Shown here: one piece after another, positions 39,940 to 49,855 of the stretch
How the letters are laid out: each line of letters starts with the position of its first letter
Position numbering within the stretch: position 1 is the stretch's first letter
Assembly: GCA_964481125.1 (NCBI GenBank)
Contig: CAYZSL010000001.1
Location: forward strand, 98,468-162,467
DNA from: an uncultured Candidatus Saccharibacteria bacterium
GTDB lineage: Bacteria; Patescibacteriota; Minisyncoccia; Minisyncoccales; RBG-13-42-11
Direction of reading: 5' to 3'
DNA: 64,000 bases
Notes under the pieces: generated by a model
What the model saw: the letters and a program-made list of their open reading frames with translations, nothing else
The model's database searches: none
What the model was told of the DNA's origin: nothing
Program-made: the position numbers and the translations under genes

Positions 39940-42159
39940 TTATTCTGTAGGTAAGGTCAAACTGCTTATTTTTGATATAACGTCTGCATCACCCGGGTTC
40001 AATTCAAGCACCCTGTTATAGTAGGTTAAAGCTTTGCTTGTCTGCCCATTTTCCTGATAGGCTAAACCCAAAAAATAAAGAGAATTGGAGTGGTCCGGAA
40101 AAATCTGAATAGCTGTTTCAAACTGAGCAATCGCCTTGTCTATTTGGTTATCATTAAGATAAAGGCGACCCATCTCGAAGAAAGCTTCAAAATAATCAGG
40201 CTTTACCTCTATTGCCTTGTTAAAACTTTCTTCTGCCTTTTTGATATCACCAGAAAGAAAATAAAGTTTTCCTAGCTCTGTTCTTAGTATAGGGTTTATC
40301 GGCTCCAAATTTACTGCTTTTTCAAAGTGCTGTATGCCCAATTTTAAAGCTTCCTGTTCATTCGCCTTCACCCTGAAATCGCGATAAATCATTCCCAGAG
40401 TTTCCTGAACAAAGACCTTGTTCGGACTTATTTTTTCAGCTCCCTTTATCGTGATCAAACTGTTAGGATCAGCGTTCTGATTCAAGCATATTTCAGATAC
40501 CTCTCCGCCTTTTACATAAGCTAATGCCAAGGAAGCGTTGCAAATCAGCTGGTTTCCGTCAAACGCCTCTTCTTCAATAATCATATTGGTTTCTTGCAGA
40601 TAATACCTTGCCGCAACAATCCCATATTGAGATTGATATGGATTGAGCCTTACCGCTTTTTCCACCAATTCAATACTGGCTTTTTCTATCCCTTTCTTAT
40701 AATTGACATCAGCTAAATAGAATTGTACGGCAAAGAAATATGCTCCCAGAAATAGTAAAACAACAACTATGAGTAAAATGGAAAAGACCAATGACATTTC
40801 GGGAAAATCCTTGAAAGAAATTGTCTTTTCTTTTACTGATTCGCTGTGCCAGCTAGCTGCTGATAGTCCCAAAACCAGCCAAAAAGTAAAAGCTAATACT
40901 GCATTCTGATAATAAAAGAATTGGCTTACTAATATGGCCAAAAAGAGCATTAATAAAAGCATGCCTTTCTTGCTCTTTCCTAAAAAGAGAAAGCTAATTA
41001 ATAAAGACAGTCCAATTAAGAGTAAGTAAGAAATAATACCCAAGAATCCTGTTGTCCCCAATACTTCGGCAAAATAATTGCCCGGCCTATCAATCCTTAT
41101 CTGCCAGAGAACATTTTGGTTAAAGCTTAAAGGTTTGAATTTTGCAAAGTCATAATGAAAAGTACCTATACCAGATCCCAAGAATACGGATTTTACATTT
41201 TCAGTCGCTGCTTTTAATCCGACAAACCAGGAATCTCCCTGGCTCAAGAATTGTTCCTGCGGCAAATTGTCTTCCCCGAATAATCCTTGAATACCAGAAG
41301 TATTGATAAAAATAAAAGCAACGGCCAAAATAACAAACAATATTGGCAGTAAGAGTTTGTTAACATTTTTTTTAAACATTCTTTTCCAGAAAACAAAGAC
41401 TAAAAATATGATTAAGCTCAAAAATACTATCAACCAAGTTGCGTTAAAATCAATAATTACCATTAAAAACGTAATGGCAATGAACAGCAAATAATCAAAG
41501 ATTTGTTTTCCTTTATCAAAAATGAGAATTCTTCCGATTAAAAAGACTAAAATTATGCTTAAAAACACAGCTAATCCTTCCATACTGGCCGTAACAGTAT
41601 TAAAGCCAGATTGCAGCATCATTGTCGGAAAGATATTGAACAAGCTGTTTATTTTTTCAAAAACGCCAAAGATTGAAAAATAGCTAATTAAAACGACAAA
41701 GAAAACAGACCAAGAGAATACTTTTATTAGTGACTGAACATTTATTACGCTTTCTTTTTTATTGCCAACATTATTGGTTATTAAGAAATAAAGCAAACAA
41801 AAACTGAATAAGCCTATTAGGCTATTTGAAAACCTTCCATAAAATCCAAACAAGCTTGAAAACTTATCGACTGAAAATATTACACTTAGTGCGGCAATAA
41901 AGAAAAATGCTAAAACAAAAACATCTAAGGGCGATTTCTTAAATCTGACCTGCTTTTCAAAAATAATCATTTTTGCCAACCAAGCCAGAAACGCTAAAGA
42001 AACCAAAAAGAACAAAAGATATGCTTTATTCAATTCAAACTTTTCAAAGGAAAAAGGTAGGAAAAACAAAGGCAATAAAAAAACCAACAAATAGATAGCC
42101 CACTTTATAGCCTTGTTTAACATATATATAATATTATACAATCTTTCTAGACTATACAC
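39940..42159 (-). CDS. Polytopic membrane protein (O-antigen ligase/Wzy-like) fused to C-terminal TPR repeats
   Basis: 739 aa. The first ~480 aa have at least 10 hydrophobic segments. The C-terminal ~230 aa contain TPR-like units (AEESFNKAIEVKPDYFEAFFEMGRLY; AIAQFETAIQIFPDHSNSLYFLGLAY; ALTYYNRVLELNPGD). The Wzy assignment rests on architecture only. Confidence 0.5.
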   Translation of the reverse strand: MYSLERLYNIIYMLNKAIKWAIYLLVFLLPLFFLPFSFEKFELNKAYLLFFLVSLAFLAWLAKMIIFEKQVRFKKSPLDVFVLAFFFIAALSVIFSVDKFSSLFGFYGRFSNSLIGLFSFCLLYFLITNNVGNKKESVINVQSLIKVFSWSVFFVVLISYFSIFGVFEKINSLFNIFPTMMLQSGFNTVTASMEGLAVFLSIILVFLIGRILIFDKGKQIFDYLLFIAITFLMVIIDFNATWLIVFLSLIIFLVFVFWKRMFKKNVNKLLLPILFVILAVAFIFINTSGIQGLFGEDNLPQEQFLSQGDSWFVGLKAATENVKSVFLGSGIGTFHYDFAKFKPLSFNQNVLWQIRIDRPGNYFAEVLGTTGFLGIISYLLLIGLSLLISFLFLGKSKKGMLLLMLFLAILVSQFFYYQNAVLAFTFWLVLGLSAASWHSESVKEKTISFKDFPEMSLVFSILLIVVVLLFLGAYFFAVQFYLADVNYKKGIEKASIELVEKAVRLNPYQSQYGIVAARYYLQETNMIIEEEAFDGNQLICNASLALAYVKGGEVSEICLNQNADPNSLITIKGAEKISPNKVFVQETLGMIYRDFRVKANEQEALKLGIQHFEKAVNLEPINPILRTELGKLYFLSGDIKKAEESFNKAIEVKPDYFEAFFEMGRLYLNDNQIDKAIAQFETAIQIFPDHSNSLYFLGLAYQENGQTSKALTYYNRVLELNPGDADVISKISSLTLPTE

Positions 42160-42277
42160 TAATCTGATTGATTAACAAAATTAGCTTATAATATTCATTA
42201 CTTATAATAGTTTATTAACTCTTTTGTTTCTAGTATAATAAGTTAATCTCAACAAAGTTTCTGGATTAAAAATTAAA

Positions 42278-43324
42278 ATGTTTATAAGAAACCGTTTTTA
42301 TATAAAAATAATTTTACTAATCGTTCTTGGTATAATTATCACTGGTTTTTATTTCGGGTGGTGGCAATGGTGTTTTAATGTTTTTAATAATATAGGACGA
42401 TCCCAAAATAACACAGAAAGGGTAATTATAGATAGTTCGGAATTCCCAAAAGAAGAAGGAGAACATCCAAATCTTAAGTTAGAATGGTGGTATTTTGCTG
42501 GACATTTAGAGGAAGAAAAAAACCCTAAAAATAAATTTGGCGTGACTCTAATATTTGATAAAAACCCAGCTCACATTAAAGCAAATTTAATCAACGGAAT
42601 TCTTAAAGAAAACTTTTCTTCAGTAATAAAAATAGATAATTATGACATCCTTTCAAAAGACAACTTAACTATTCAAAAGGGAAATAATTTTTGGATAGAA
42701 ACAGAACTTTTTAAATATAAAATTCATTATGAATTTGATGATAAAGAAATTGATCTTATTTTAAATTCAGTCAAACCTCCCTTCATAACAAATATCGGCT
42801 CTACTGCTTTTTATTGTCAACAAACCAGAGTAACAATTAGTGGTTTTTTATCCTTTTCGCAACAAAAATATAAAGTAAAGGGTTGGGGATGGATTGATCA
42901 TCAGGGGTTCGAAGATTCTTTTCCTTTTTATAGCTGGAATTGGCATGCTATCCAATTGGATAATAATATTGAGATTGTTTTTATGACCTATCCCGATGAC
43001 CAATCGGGCCAAATATTTAAATCAAGTTTATTTGTATATAAAGATACCCAAATAGAAACGATTAATAATGATAATTATTCAATAGAATATATTAATTACT
43101 GGATTGATCCGAAAACTAAATATCGTTATCCAACGAAATTAAGGTTAAAAATCCCCCAAAAAAATGCTAATCTAGACATTGAAGCTATTCTTGAAAATCA
43201 GGTGATAGAAACAATTTATAAAATATATGAAGGAAGTACGGAAGTAACGGGCATTTGGCAGGGAGAAAAAATTTCCGGCAGGGCTCAAATTGAAACAATA
43301 AATCTTGAAGGAATAGCAAATTAA
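42278..43324 (+). CDS. CrtC/AttH-like lipocalin-fold (carotenoid 1,2-hydratase family) protein, membrane-anchored
   Basis: 348 aa with an N-terminal TM segment. FPKEEGEHPNLKLEWWYFAGHL and C-terminal YRYPTKLRLKIPQKNANLDIEAILENQ...YEGSTEVTGIWQGEKISGRAQIE fit the AttH/CrtC pattern (DHG.H...EWWY..GhL; YP..w.l.iP...l.l....dqE...YWEG...v.G...G.gYvE). Confidence 0.65.
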   Translation: MFIRNRFYIKIILLIVLGIIITGFYFGWWQWCFNVFNNIGRSQNNTERVIIDSSEFPKEEGEHPNLKLEWWYFAGHLEEEKNPKNKFGVTLIFDKNPAHIKANLINGILKENFSSVIKIDNYDILSKDNLTIQKGNNFWIETELFKYKIHYEFDDKEIDLILNSVKPPFITNIGSTAFYCQQTRVTISGFLSFSQQKYKVKGWGWIDHQGFEDSFPFYSWNWHAIQLDNNIEIVFMTYPDDQSGQIFKSSLFVYKDTQIETINNDNYSIEYINYWIDPKTKYRYPTKLRLKIPQKNANLDIEAILENQVIETIYKIYEGSTEVTGIWQGEKISGRAQIETINLEGIAN

Positions 43325-43397
43325 AATTTTGACTTTTTACAATATATTTGCGCATTGTAAAAATATTCCCAAAAATTAATTTTAAATCGATAAAAAT

Positions 43398-45026
43398 ATG
43401 CTAAAAATTTATAAAAAGATTGAAGAATTTGTCCTAAAAATCATTGGGAAATTGGAAAACCAAAAAATAAGCTTATACGGCTGGTTAATCAGTATTTTTG
43501 CCATTGTTTTTCTAAGAAATTTTTTGGAAAGTTATTCAACCAGAAGAAATTATTTTAATTTAGAATTACATCCTTTTATTTTTTTCCACGCTCCTGCTTT
43601 TTATCTTTTTTATGTCCTGTTTTTTATTGTATTTTTATATTTTTTTACCAAAGAAAGAATTGAAAAAATAAGCAAGATCGCCCTATTCGCCTTTCTTATA
43701 ATCTTACTGCCGCCGATTATTGACCTTGTGCTAACCAATGGAGCAGGGGGATTAAGCATGCAATATATGGAAAATTCTAATCCTCCAGAAAATTTTTCAG
43801 ATTTTTTCCAAATATTCTCAAGAGCTTTTATTTATAGTAGTCAAGGTATATTATTTTTCGCTAAAGACAATATTCCCAATTTGATGACAGCATTGTTTAG
43901 GTTTAATTATGGGATAAGAATCCAGTGCGGTATTCTACTTTTGGGATTTGTTTGGTATATCTTTTTGAAAACAAAAAATATTCTGAAAGTATTGCTAGGG
44001 TTGCTCTCTTTATATTCTATAATGGTTTTAAGGTTTATCTTCCCCCTACCATTATATGTCTGGAGACTTGCTTCTTCGTTAAATCCTTCTTTTAAATATG
44101 AATATACTATTGCTGCTTTTTATTTTATCGGTATTTGTATTTTATCATTCATTTGGTTTTTTGTTTTTAATAAAGAAAAATTCTTTGCTTTTTTAAAAAA
44201 TGCTAGATTAACAAGAGTTTTTAATAATATCGCCTTACTCGGTCTCGGTCTTTATCTGGCCAAAGTACCAATTTTCAATCCTCTTAGCATAAGTCCTGCT
44301 GATTGGTTATTGATTATTATGGCTGTCATTTCTCTTTTGCTTTATTGGTTTTCGGCGATAGGTTATGACGACCTTGCTGATGAAAAAATAGACAGGATAT
44401 CCAATCAACACCGCCCCCTACCCCAAAATAAATTCACCAGAGAAGAATTCAAAACGCTTACTAACTTATCAAGAATAGCTTCTTATGTTGCTGCTTTTAT
44501 TGTTGGCTACGCCTTCTTTATATTTATCTTATTAAGAAGCCTTGTCGGTTATCTTTATTCTTGTTTCCCGCTCCGTTTAAAACGATTCCCGGTTTTAGCT
44601 ACTTTTACCAATGGTTTTGCTCTTCTTTTGGCAATTTATGCCGGTTTTCTTATAAAAACGACTAATTCAATATTTGATTTTCCTTGGAAATTAGCCATTT
44701 TTGTTTTAATCGCATTTACGCTTGGAGTTACGGCAAAAGATATCAAGGATTATCAAGGCGATAAGGCAGGGGGAATTTATACCATTCCAGTGCTTTTCGG
44801 ATTGGAAAGGGGGAAAAAGATAATCGGCCTCCTTGCTTTTATTGTTTTCATGCTATGTCCCATATTTTTCTTTGATCATTTCAATGTCTTGATATTACCC
44901 TCTCTTTTTGCCGGAATTTTAAGCTTTTTGTTGATTAATAGAAAAAAGCACGGCGCTCAAGAATTAATTTGCCTATTTTCAATCTATTTTTCTTTCGGAG
45001 TTTTTTTTATCCTAACTTGTTTCTAA
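43398..45026 (+). CDS. UbiA-family prenyltransferase fused to an N-terminal ~300-aa polytopic domain of unknown function
   Basis: 542 aa, highly hydrophobic throughout. The C-terminal half carries both UbiA Asp-rich motifs: GYDDLADEKIDRISNQHRPLP and AKDIKDYQGDKAGGIYTIPVLFG. Confidence 0.75.
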   Translation: MLKIYKKIEEFVLKIIGKLENQKISLYGWLISIFAIVFLRNFLESYSTRRNYFNLELHPFIFFHAPAFYLFYVLFFIVFLYFFTKERIEKISKIALFAFLIILLPPIIDLVLTNGAGGLSMQYMENSNPPENFSDFFQIFSRAFIYSSQGILFFAKDNIPNLMTALFRFNYGIRIQCGILLLGFVWYIFLKTKNILKVLLGLLSLYSIMVLRFIFPLPLYVWRLASSLNPSFKYEYTIAAFYFIGICILSFIWFFVFNKEKFFAFLKNARLTRVFNNIALLGLGLYLAKVPIFNPLSISPADWLLIIMAVISLLLYWFSAIGYDDLADEKIDRISNQHRPLPQNKFTREEFKTLTNLSRIASYVAAFIVGYAFFIFILLRSLVGYLYSCFPLRLKRFPVLATFTNGFALLLAIYAGFLIKTTNSIFDFPWKLAIFVLIAFTLGVTAKDIKDYQGDKAGGIYTIPVLFGLERGKKIIGLLAFIVFMLCPIFFFDHFNVLILPSLFAGILSFLLINRKKHGAQELICLFSIYFSFGVFFILTCF

Positions 45027-45113
45027 ATTCTTTCCGTAATACAAAAAAATATAAACGATAAATGCATCTGTTTGTTAATGTCGACGGGTTTATTCAGAAA
45101 ATTAAAAAGTGAT

Positions 45114-46448
45114 TCAAATTAACGGTGTTTTATTGTATAAATCAAGTAATTCGTAACAACGAGGAATATTATTTTTAACGCCAAGGTTGAAAGAACGATC
45201 ATTGCAATCTCGTTGAATATTTTCAATATCAAAGGTTGCAACATTGTTAATGGTGTTTATTAATAACGTATAGTAATTTTTAAAGGGGGGTGGATCGCAT
45301 GAGCCAGCCTTTGTTTTTTTAAGTGTTCGATAAAGATAATATAAATCGGGAGCAGTTAATAACCTAGAAAGGCATTTTAATAAAAGATATTTTCTGGCCC
45401 TCTTCTGGTCTTCTTGCCAGATTTTTTCAAACTCATCTAAAACAATTGAAAATTTATCAAATCTAAAAATATGATGGAGTAATTTTTCCTTTTTTTTGGG
45501 AATAAAAACAACAGCACATTGACGACAAGAAGGAGCTTTACCAACTATAGCCTTCAGGGAAAGAAACAACTTTTGGCTGTAATAAATATCTTCTAATGTA
45601 AATAAATTGCGACTTTGGTTAGCAACTGACTCGACTAATTCGTCTATTAAAAATTCTTGATTTGACGAAAAACCGCATTTTCCTAAATAATTGTAGCCTC
45701 GGAAAAAAAGAAAGTTAATAATTTCCTCTTTTTTTGCAAATTCCATTAGATCATTAATCTCAGATTCGTTAATTCCTTTTGCTACTACCGCAAGAATTCG
45801 TAAGGGAAGATTTATTTTTTTTACATTCTCTATAACTTTCATTTTCAAGTCTGTAAAATCTTTTCCCCGCATCTTTTTATAAATTTCGGGGTTTTTTATC
45901 GTATCCATCCAAAGATATATCGTACTTAAACCACATTTTTTTAATAGCTTTAAATATTCTAAATCTTGAGCTATTTTTACTCCATTAGTAAATATGGCAG
46001 ATTTATTCCCCGATTCTCTTACCTCTTTAATTAATTCGGGTAAATCTTCTTTCATGGTTGGTTCGCCGCCTGAAAAATGAACGCCTAATCCTCTGTTTTT
46101 TATTTTTTTAAGTTGATCTTTAAAAAAATTAATCGTTATATCTTCTGACTCTAACTGTTGATTATCGGCAAAACAAATGGGACAATTTAAATTACATCTT
46201 GAGGTAATGGAGGTCGTATAAATTTTTGTAGGATTATTTTTTTTATAGAAATTTTCACCGAATAAATTATCAGTGTAACTGTCTAGTCCCTTATAATACC
46301 AAGCGTATTTTGCTATTTTAATTTCAAATTTTCCGTGCTGAGGACATGTTTTTTCCATCCACATAGAACCTCCTTTTTCTATAATATTAGTATCTAAAAT
46401 CTTTCTACAAGACGGACAAAAACTTTTTGTTTTTTTGTATAAATTCAT
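45114..46448 (-). CDS. Radical-SAM enzyme with an N-terminal zinc ribbon (COG1964 / class-D methylase / Tes-GDGT-MAS-like architecture)
   Basis: 444 aa. N-terminal KKTKSFCPSCRKILDTNIIEKGGSMWMEKTCPQHGKF, radical-SAM CNLNCPICF, GGEPTM and later Cys pairs (SCRQC). The family-level call comes from recalled N-terminal pattern, not from a search. Confidence 0.7.
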   Translation of the reverse strand: MNLYKKTKSFCPSCRKILDTNIIEKGGSMWMEKTCPQHGKFEIKIAKYAWYYKGLDSYTDNLFGENFYKKNNPTKIYTTSITSRCNLNCPICFADNQQLESEDITINFFKDQLKKIKNRGLGVHFSGGEPTMKEDLPELIKEVRESGNKSAIFTNGVKIAQDLEYLKLLKKCGLSTIYLWMDTIKNPEIYKKMRGKDFTDLKMKVIENVKKINLPLRILAVVAKGINESEINDLMEFAKKEEIINFLFFRGYNYLGKCGFSSNQEFLIDELVESVANQSRNLFTLEDIYYSQKLFLSLKAIVGKAPSCRQCAVVFIPKKKEKLLHHIFRFDKFSIVLDEFEKIWQEDQKRARKYLLLKCLSRLLTAPDLYYLYRTLKKTKAGSCDPPPFKNYYTLLINTINNVATFDIENIQRDCNDRSFNLGVKNNIPRCYELLDLYNKTPLI

Positions 46449-46468
46449 TTTTAAATATTAATCTAATT

Positions 46469-47311
46469 TTATTTTTTATTTCTTGTTATTTTTTTATTAT
46501 TGACAAACCAAGGACATTTGCTACACCCCTTACCGATTGAAAACGTATAAATGATTGGTTGAGAAATAATTAAATTATTAATTTCGGGATAAGTATAGCT
46601 TAGAAAAATTTCATTCGGATAAAATTTTTCATATAGTATTGAAGTGAATATCCTGAAAAAAATATATCTTTTTGTCGCTTCTTTAACCGTTAAAAACTTG
46701 TTTTTTACCAAAAGCGAATGCGCTTTTGTTAATGGATTAATTGTTTTGAAATAAGAACTCTTACAAATAGCATCTGTTTTTCTTTTTGCTCTCTTAAAAA
46801 GATCTACCGCTTTCATCTTTTCTGAAATTTCTTTTAGGGTGATATTTTCATTCCCATTCAGCTTAAATATATTCGGGTAAAGTTTTTCACTAATTTTAAA
46901 TAATTTAAAATTTTTACCAGAAAAATGAACAATTTTTTTTAATGTTTTCCAGTACAAATTGATTCTTTTTTTATTATAACCATCAAGATAGGAAGCGTTT
47001 GTGTCTCCAAATAATATCTTCACTATAACGTTTTTAACGCCCTTTTGTAATAATTTTTCAACGATATTTTTCCTAAGAAAAGAAATTGCTAGCTTATCGG
47101 CATTGTCGGCTTTTCCGGAACCAACCGTTTTCACCCCTAGCCACTCAACGGCAATTACTAACCGCTGATTCGTCTTTAAAGAGTTCTTTATATGGTTTTT
47201 AATTCTTCGCTGGCTTTTCGGCCAGGCCCTTCTTACCCTTCTTTGAGTCAGAATTTTATATATTTCTTCTGTTAATTCTTTCATAAAGAAAATTACCGCT
47301 TTCTCATTCAA
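46469..47311 (-). CDS. Hypothetical protein (orphan) co-transcribed with the Zn-ribbon radical-SAM gene
   Basis: 280-aa basic protein lying 20 nt upstream of gene 45114-46448 on the same strand. The C-terminus has GKGCSKCPWF. No motif recognised. Confidence 0.5.
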   Translation of the reverse strand: MNEKAVIFFMKELTEEIYKILTQRRVRRAWPKSQRRIKNHIKNSLKTNQRLVIAVEWLGVKTVGSGKADNADKLAISFLRKNIVEKLLQKGVKNVIVKILFGDTNASYLDGYNKKRINLYWKTLKKIVHFSGKNFKLFKISEKLYPNIFKLNGNENITLKEISEKMKAVDLFKRAKRKTDAICKSSYFKTINPLTKAHSLLVKNKFLTVKEATKRYIFFRIFTSILYEKFYPNEIFLSYTYPEINNLIISQPIIYTFSIGKGCSKCPWFVNNKKITRNKK

Positions 47312-47437
47312 AATTATTATTAAACGACTTTGTTAATTATACAAAAAAAACATTCTTGAAACAATCGCAATGATCTTTAATTTTGTTTTAATTTTTAGTA
47401 TAATAAAATATCAATAACTTCTGCCATTAAATGAAAA

Positions 47438-48394
47438 ATGAAATTAAAACCTAAGCGCCTATTAACCTGGTTCAAACATTTTGTTTACCGTTGTGACCCT
47501 CGGGCTACTGCCATGATTGGGGTAACTTATTTTTGCCAATGTAATTGTCTCCACTGCGCGATGGCCAATTATCCCAAAGACAAAGAAAGGGAATTAAGCA
47601 AAAATGAATTAATAGAAATAATAAATAAGTTTCCGAGAAATAAAATAAAAGGTGTTTATTTTTTTGGCGGAGAACCCCTTCTTAGAAATGACATATTTGA
47701 GCTAATAAGCTCCGCACGCAAAAGGGGGTTTCGCACCATACTTGATACTAATGCCTGTCTTCTTGATCAAGAAACTGCTAAAAAATTGAAAAAAGCCGGA
47801 TTAAAAATAATAAGCGTAAGCATTGATAGCCCATATTCTCAAATTCATAACGCCTTAAGAAAGAAAAAAAACTTGTTTGAAAAAGCAATAAATGGAATTA
47901 AATATTGTTTAACTGAAAAAATTACTTGTGGTTTATCTACTTATGCCACCAAAGAAAATCTTAAAAATGGGGATTTGAAAAAAATAATATCACTGGGAAA
48001 GAAATTGGGGGTAAACTATATAAGAATTCTCCCTCCGCTTCCTTTGGGCAAATGGTGCAATAAACGAGAAATAGAATTGAGTGATCAAGAAAATCTCTTA
48101 TTTGAAAAATTTCGCCAATTAGGTTTTGTGGAACTGGAAGGAGACAAGTGCCCGACTATAAAAAAAAGATACTTTTATATTTCTCCCTATGGAGAAATCC
48201 AACCCTGTTGCTATATTCCTTTTAGCTTCGGGAATATAAAAAGAGAGTTAATGGAAAAAATTTTAAAAAGAATGTGGAAACATCCAATGCTTAATATGAA
48301 AATTAAAAAAGCGTGTCTTGCAGATAACAAAGAATTTCAAAAGAAATATTTTTCCCAAATTACTCCTTCAACAAAACTACCAATAGAGCTATGA
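47438..48394 (+). CDS. Radical-SAM enzyme with a SPASM/twitch-like C-terminal domain
   Basis: 318 aa. CQCNCLHCAM (CX3CX2C), FFGGEPLL and C-terminal GDKCPTIKKRYFYISPYGEIQPCCYIPFSFGNI. Confidence 0.8.
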   Translation: MKLKPKRLLTWFKHFVYRCDPRATAMIGVTYFCQCNCLHCAMANYPKDKERELSKNELIEIINKFPRNKIKGVYFFGGEPLLRNDIFELISSARKRGFRTILDTNACLLDQETAKKLKKAGLKIISVSIDSPYSQIHNALRKKKNLFEKAINGIKYCLTEKITCGLSTYATKENLKNGDLKKIISLGKKLGVNYIRILPPLPLGKWCNKREIELSDQENLLFEKFRQLGFVELEGDKCPTIKKRYFYISPYGEIQPCCYIPFSFGNIKRELMEKILKRMWKHPMLNMKIKKACLADNKEFQKKYFSQITPSTKLPIEL

Positions 48395-49845
48395 ATATAA
48401 AGAAAATAATGCTTATTCGACCCGGAGTCCGTTTTCCTCGCCAAAGATTTTCTCAACCCTTGGGACTTCTTTATTTAATTTCCACCTTGCGCCAAAATTT
48501 CCCTGGCCAGTTTGAAATAGATTTAGTTGAGCAAGCTCTTTATAATCTTAATTCCGAACAGATGCGCGAAAGAATCAAAAAGTTCAATCCTGATTTAGTC
48601 GGCTTTAGCTGTTTAAGTATGGAAGCTGACATTATGACTGAAATTACTAATATTGTTAAAGAAATAAATCCGAATTGTTTTACTTTATTGGGAGGGCCTC
48701 ACGCTTCTGTTTTTTACGACCAAGTATTAAAAAAAACCAATATTGATGTTGTTCTTATCGGCGAAGGCGAAATCACACTTGTTGAATTAATTAAAAAATT
48801 AATTGCCTCCCAACCCATTGATAATGTTGAAGGAATTGCCTTTAGAAAAAACGATAAAATAGTGCTTACTCCCCTCAGGGAACCGATTGAGAACCTAGAC
48901 AACTTACCTTTTCCCGCCTGGGATATGATAGATTTTGAACGATATTCTAAAGTAACCGGTATGAATGTTTATTATAAATCCATTCCTTGGTCAGCTATCT
49001 TTACCAGCCGTGGCTGTCCTTTTCATTGCGCTTATTGCCACAAGATTTTTGGAAAAAGAACTCGTTTCCGTAGTGCAGAAAATGTAATAGCTGAAATTGA
49101 GCTGTTAACTAAAAAGTACGGCGTAAAAGAGATACATATTATAGACGATATTTTCAATCTTGATCTTGCGAGGGCAAAAAGAATATGCGATTTGATTATT
49201 GAAAAAGGTATTAAGATAAGCATTGCCTTCCCCAATGCGTTAAGGGGAGATATGATGGACAGAGAGCTTATTCATAAATTAAAACAAGCTGGTTGTTATT
49301 CTCTTGCTTATGCTGTTGAAACTGCTTCTCCTAGAATTCAGAAATTAATCAACAAAAATCTCAATTTTGATAGAGTCCGTCAAGCTATTAATTGGACTTT
49401 TGAAGAAAAGATTAATACCCATGGTTATTTTATGCTTGGCTTTCCTAGCGAGACTAAAGAAGAAATAGAAAAAACAATAAAATGGGCTTGTGATTCTAGA
49501 CTTTTGATTGCTACGTTTTTTTCGGTGGTTATTTACCCTCGTATTCCGTTAATGGATATCGCCAAAAATACTTATCCTAATTTTAATTTCTCTAAATGGA
49601 ATATGTCTGATCTTAGATATTGGGCAGAAACGCCCTTTTATACAAAAGCTACCGGTATTGATCTTTTCAAAATTCAACGTAATGCTTATCGTCGATTTTA
49701 TCTAAATCCAAAAAGGGTTATTTTTATCTTGTTGCGTTTTCCCAAAAATATCTTTTTCGTTCGCAATGGCATATGGTGGCTGTTGCGCATACTCTTTATT
49801 TCCTTATCAAAAATAGAAAAGTTTCTTTTTTATCGAAAAAAATAA
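48391..49845 (+). CDS. B12-binding-domain radical-SAM enzyme (class B, methyltransferase-like)
   Basis: 484 aa. N-terminal cobalamin-binding-like domain (LVGFSCLSMEADIM..LLGGPHASVF..VVLIGEGE), then FTSRGCPFHCAYCHK. ATGA overlap with the upstream SPASM radical-SAM gene. Confidence 0.8.
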   Translation: MNIKKIMLIRPGVRFPRQRFSQPLGLLYLISTLRQNFPGQFEIDLVEQALYNLNSEQMRERIKKFNPDLVGFSCLSMEADIMTEITNIVKEINPNCFTLLGGPHASVFYDQVLKKTNIDVVLIGEGEITLVELIKKLIASQPIDNVEGIAFRKNDKIVLTPLREPIENLDNLPFPAWDMIDFERYSKVTGMNVYYKSIPWSAIFTSRGCPFHCAYCHKIFGKRTRFRSAENVIAEIELLTKKYGVKEIHIIDDIFNLDLARAKRICDLIIEKGIKISIAFPNALRGDMMDRELIHKLKQAGCYSLAYAVETASPRIQKLINKNLNFDRVRQAINWTFEEKINTHGYFMLGFPSETKEEIEKTIKWACDSRLLIATFFSVVIYPRIPLMDIAKNTYPNFNFSKWNMSDLRYWAETPFYTKATGIDLFKIQRNAYRRFYLNPKRVIFILLRFPKNIFFVRNGIWWLLRILFISLSKIEKFLFYRKK

Positions 49846-49855
49846 ACCAAAAAAC

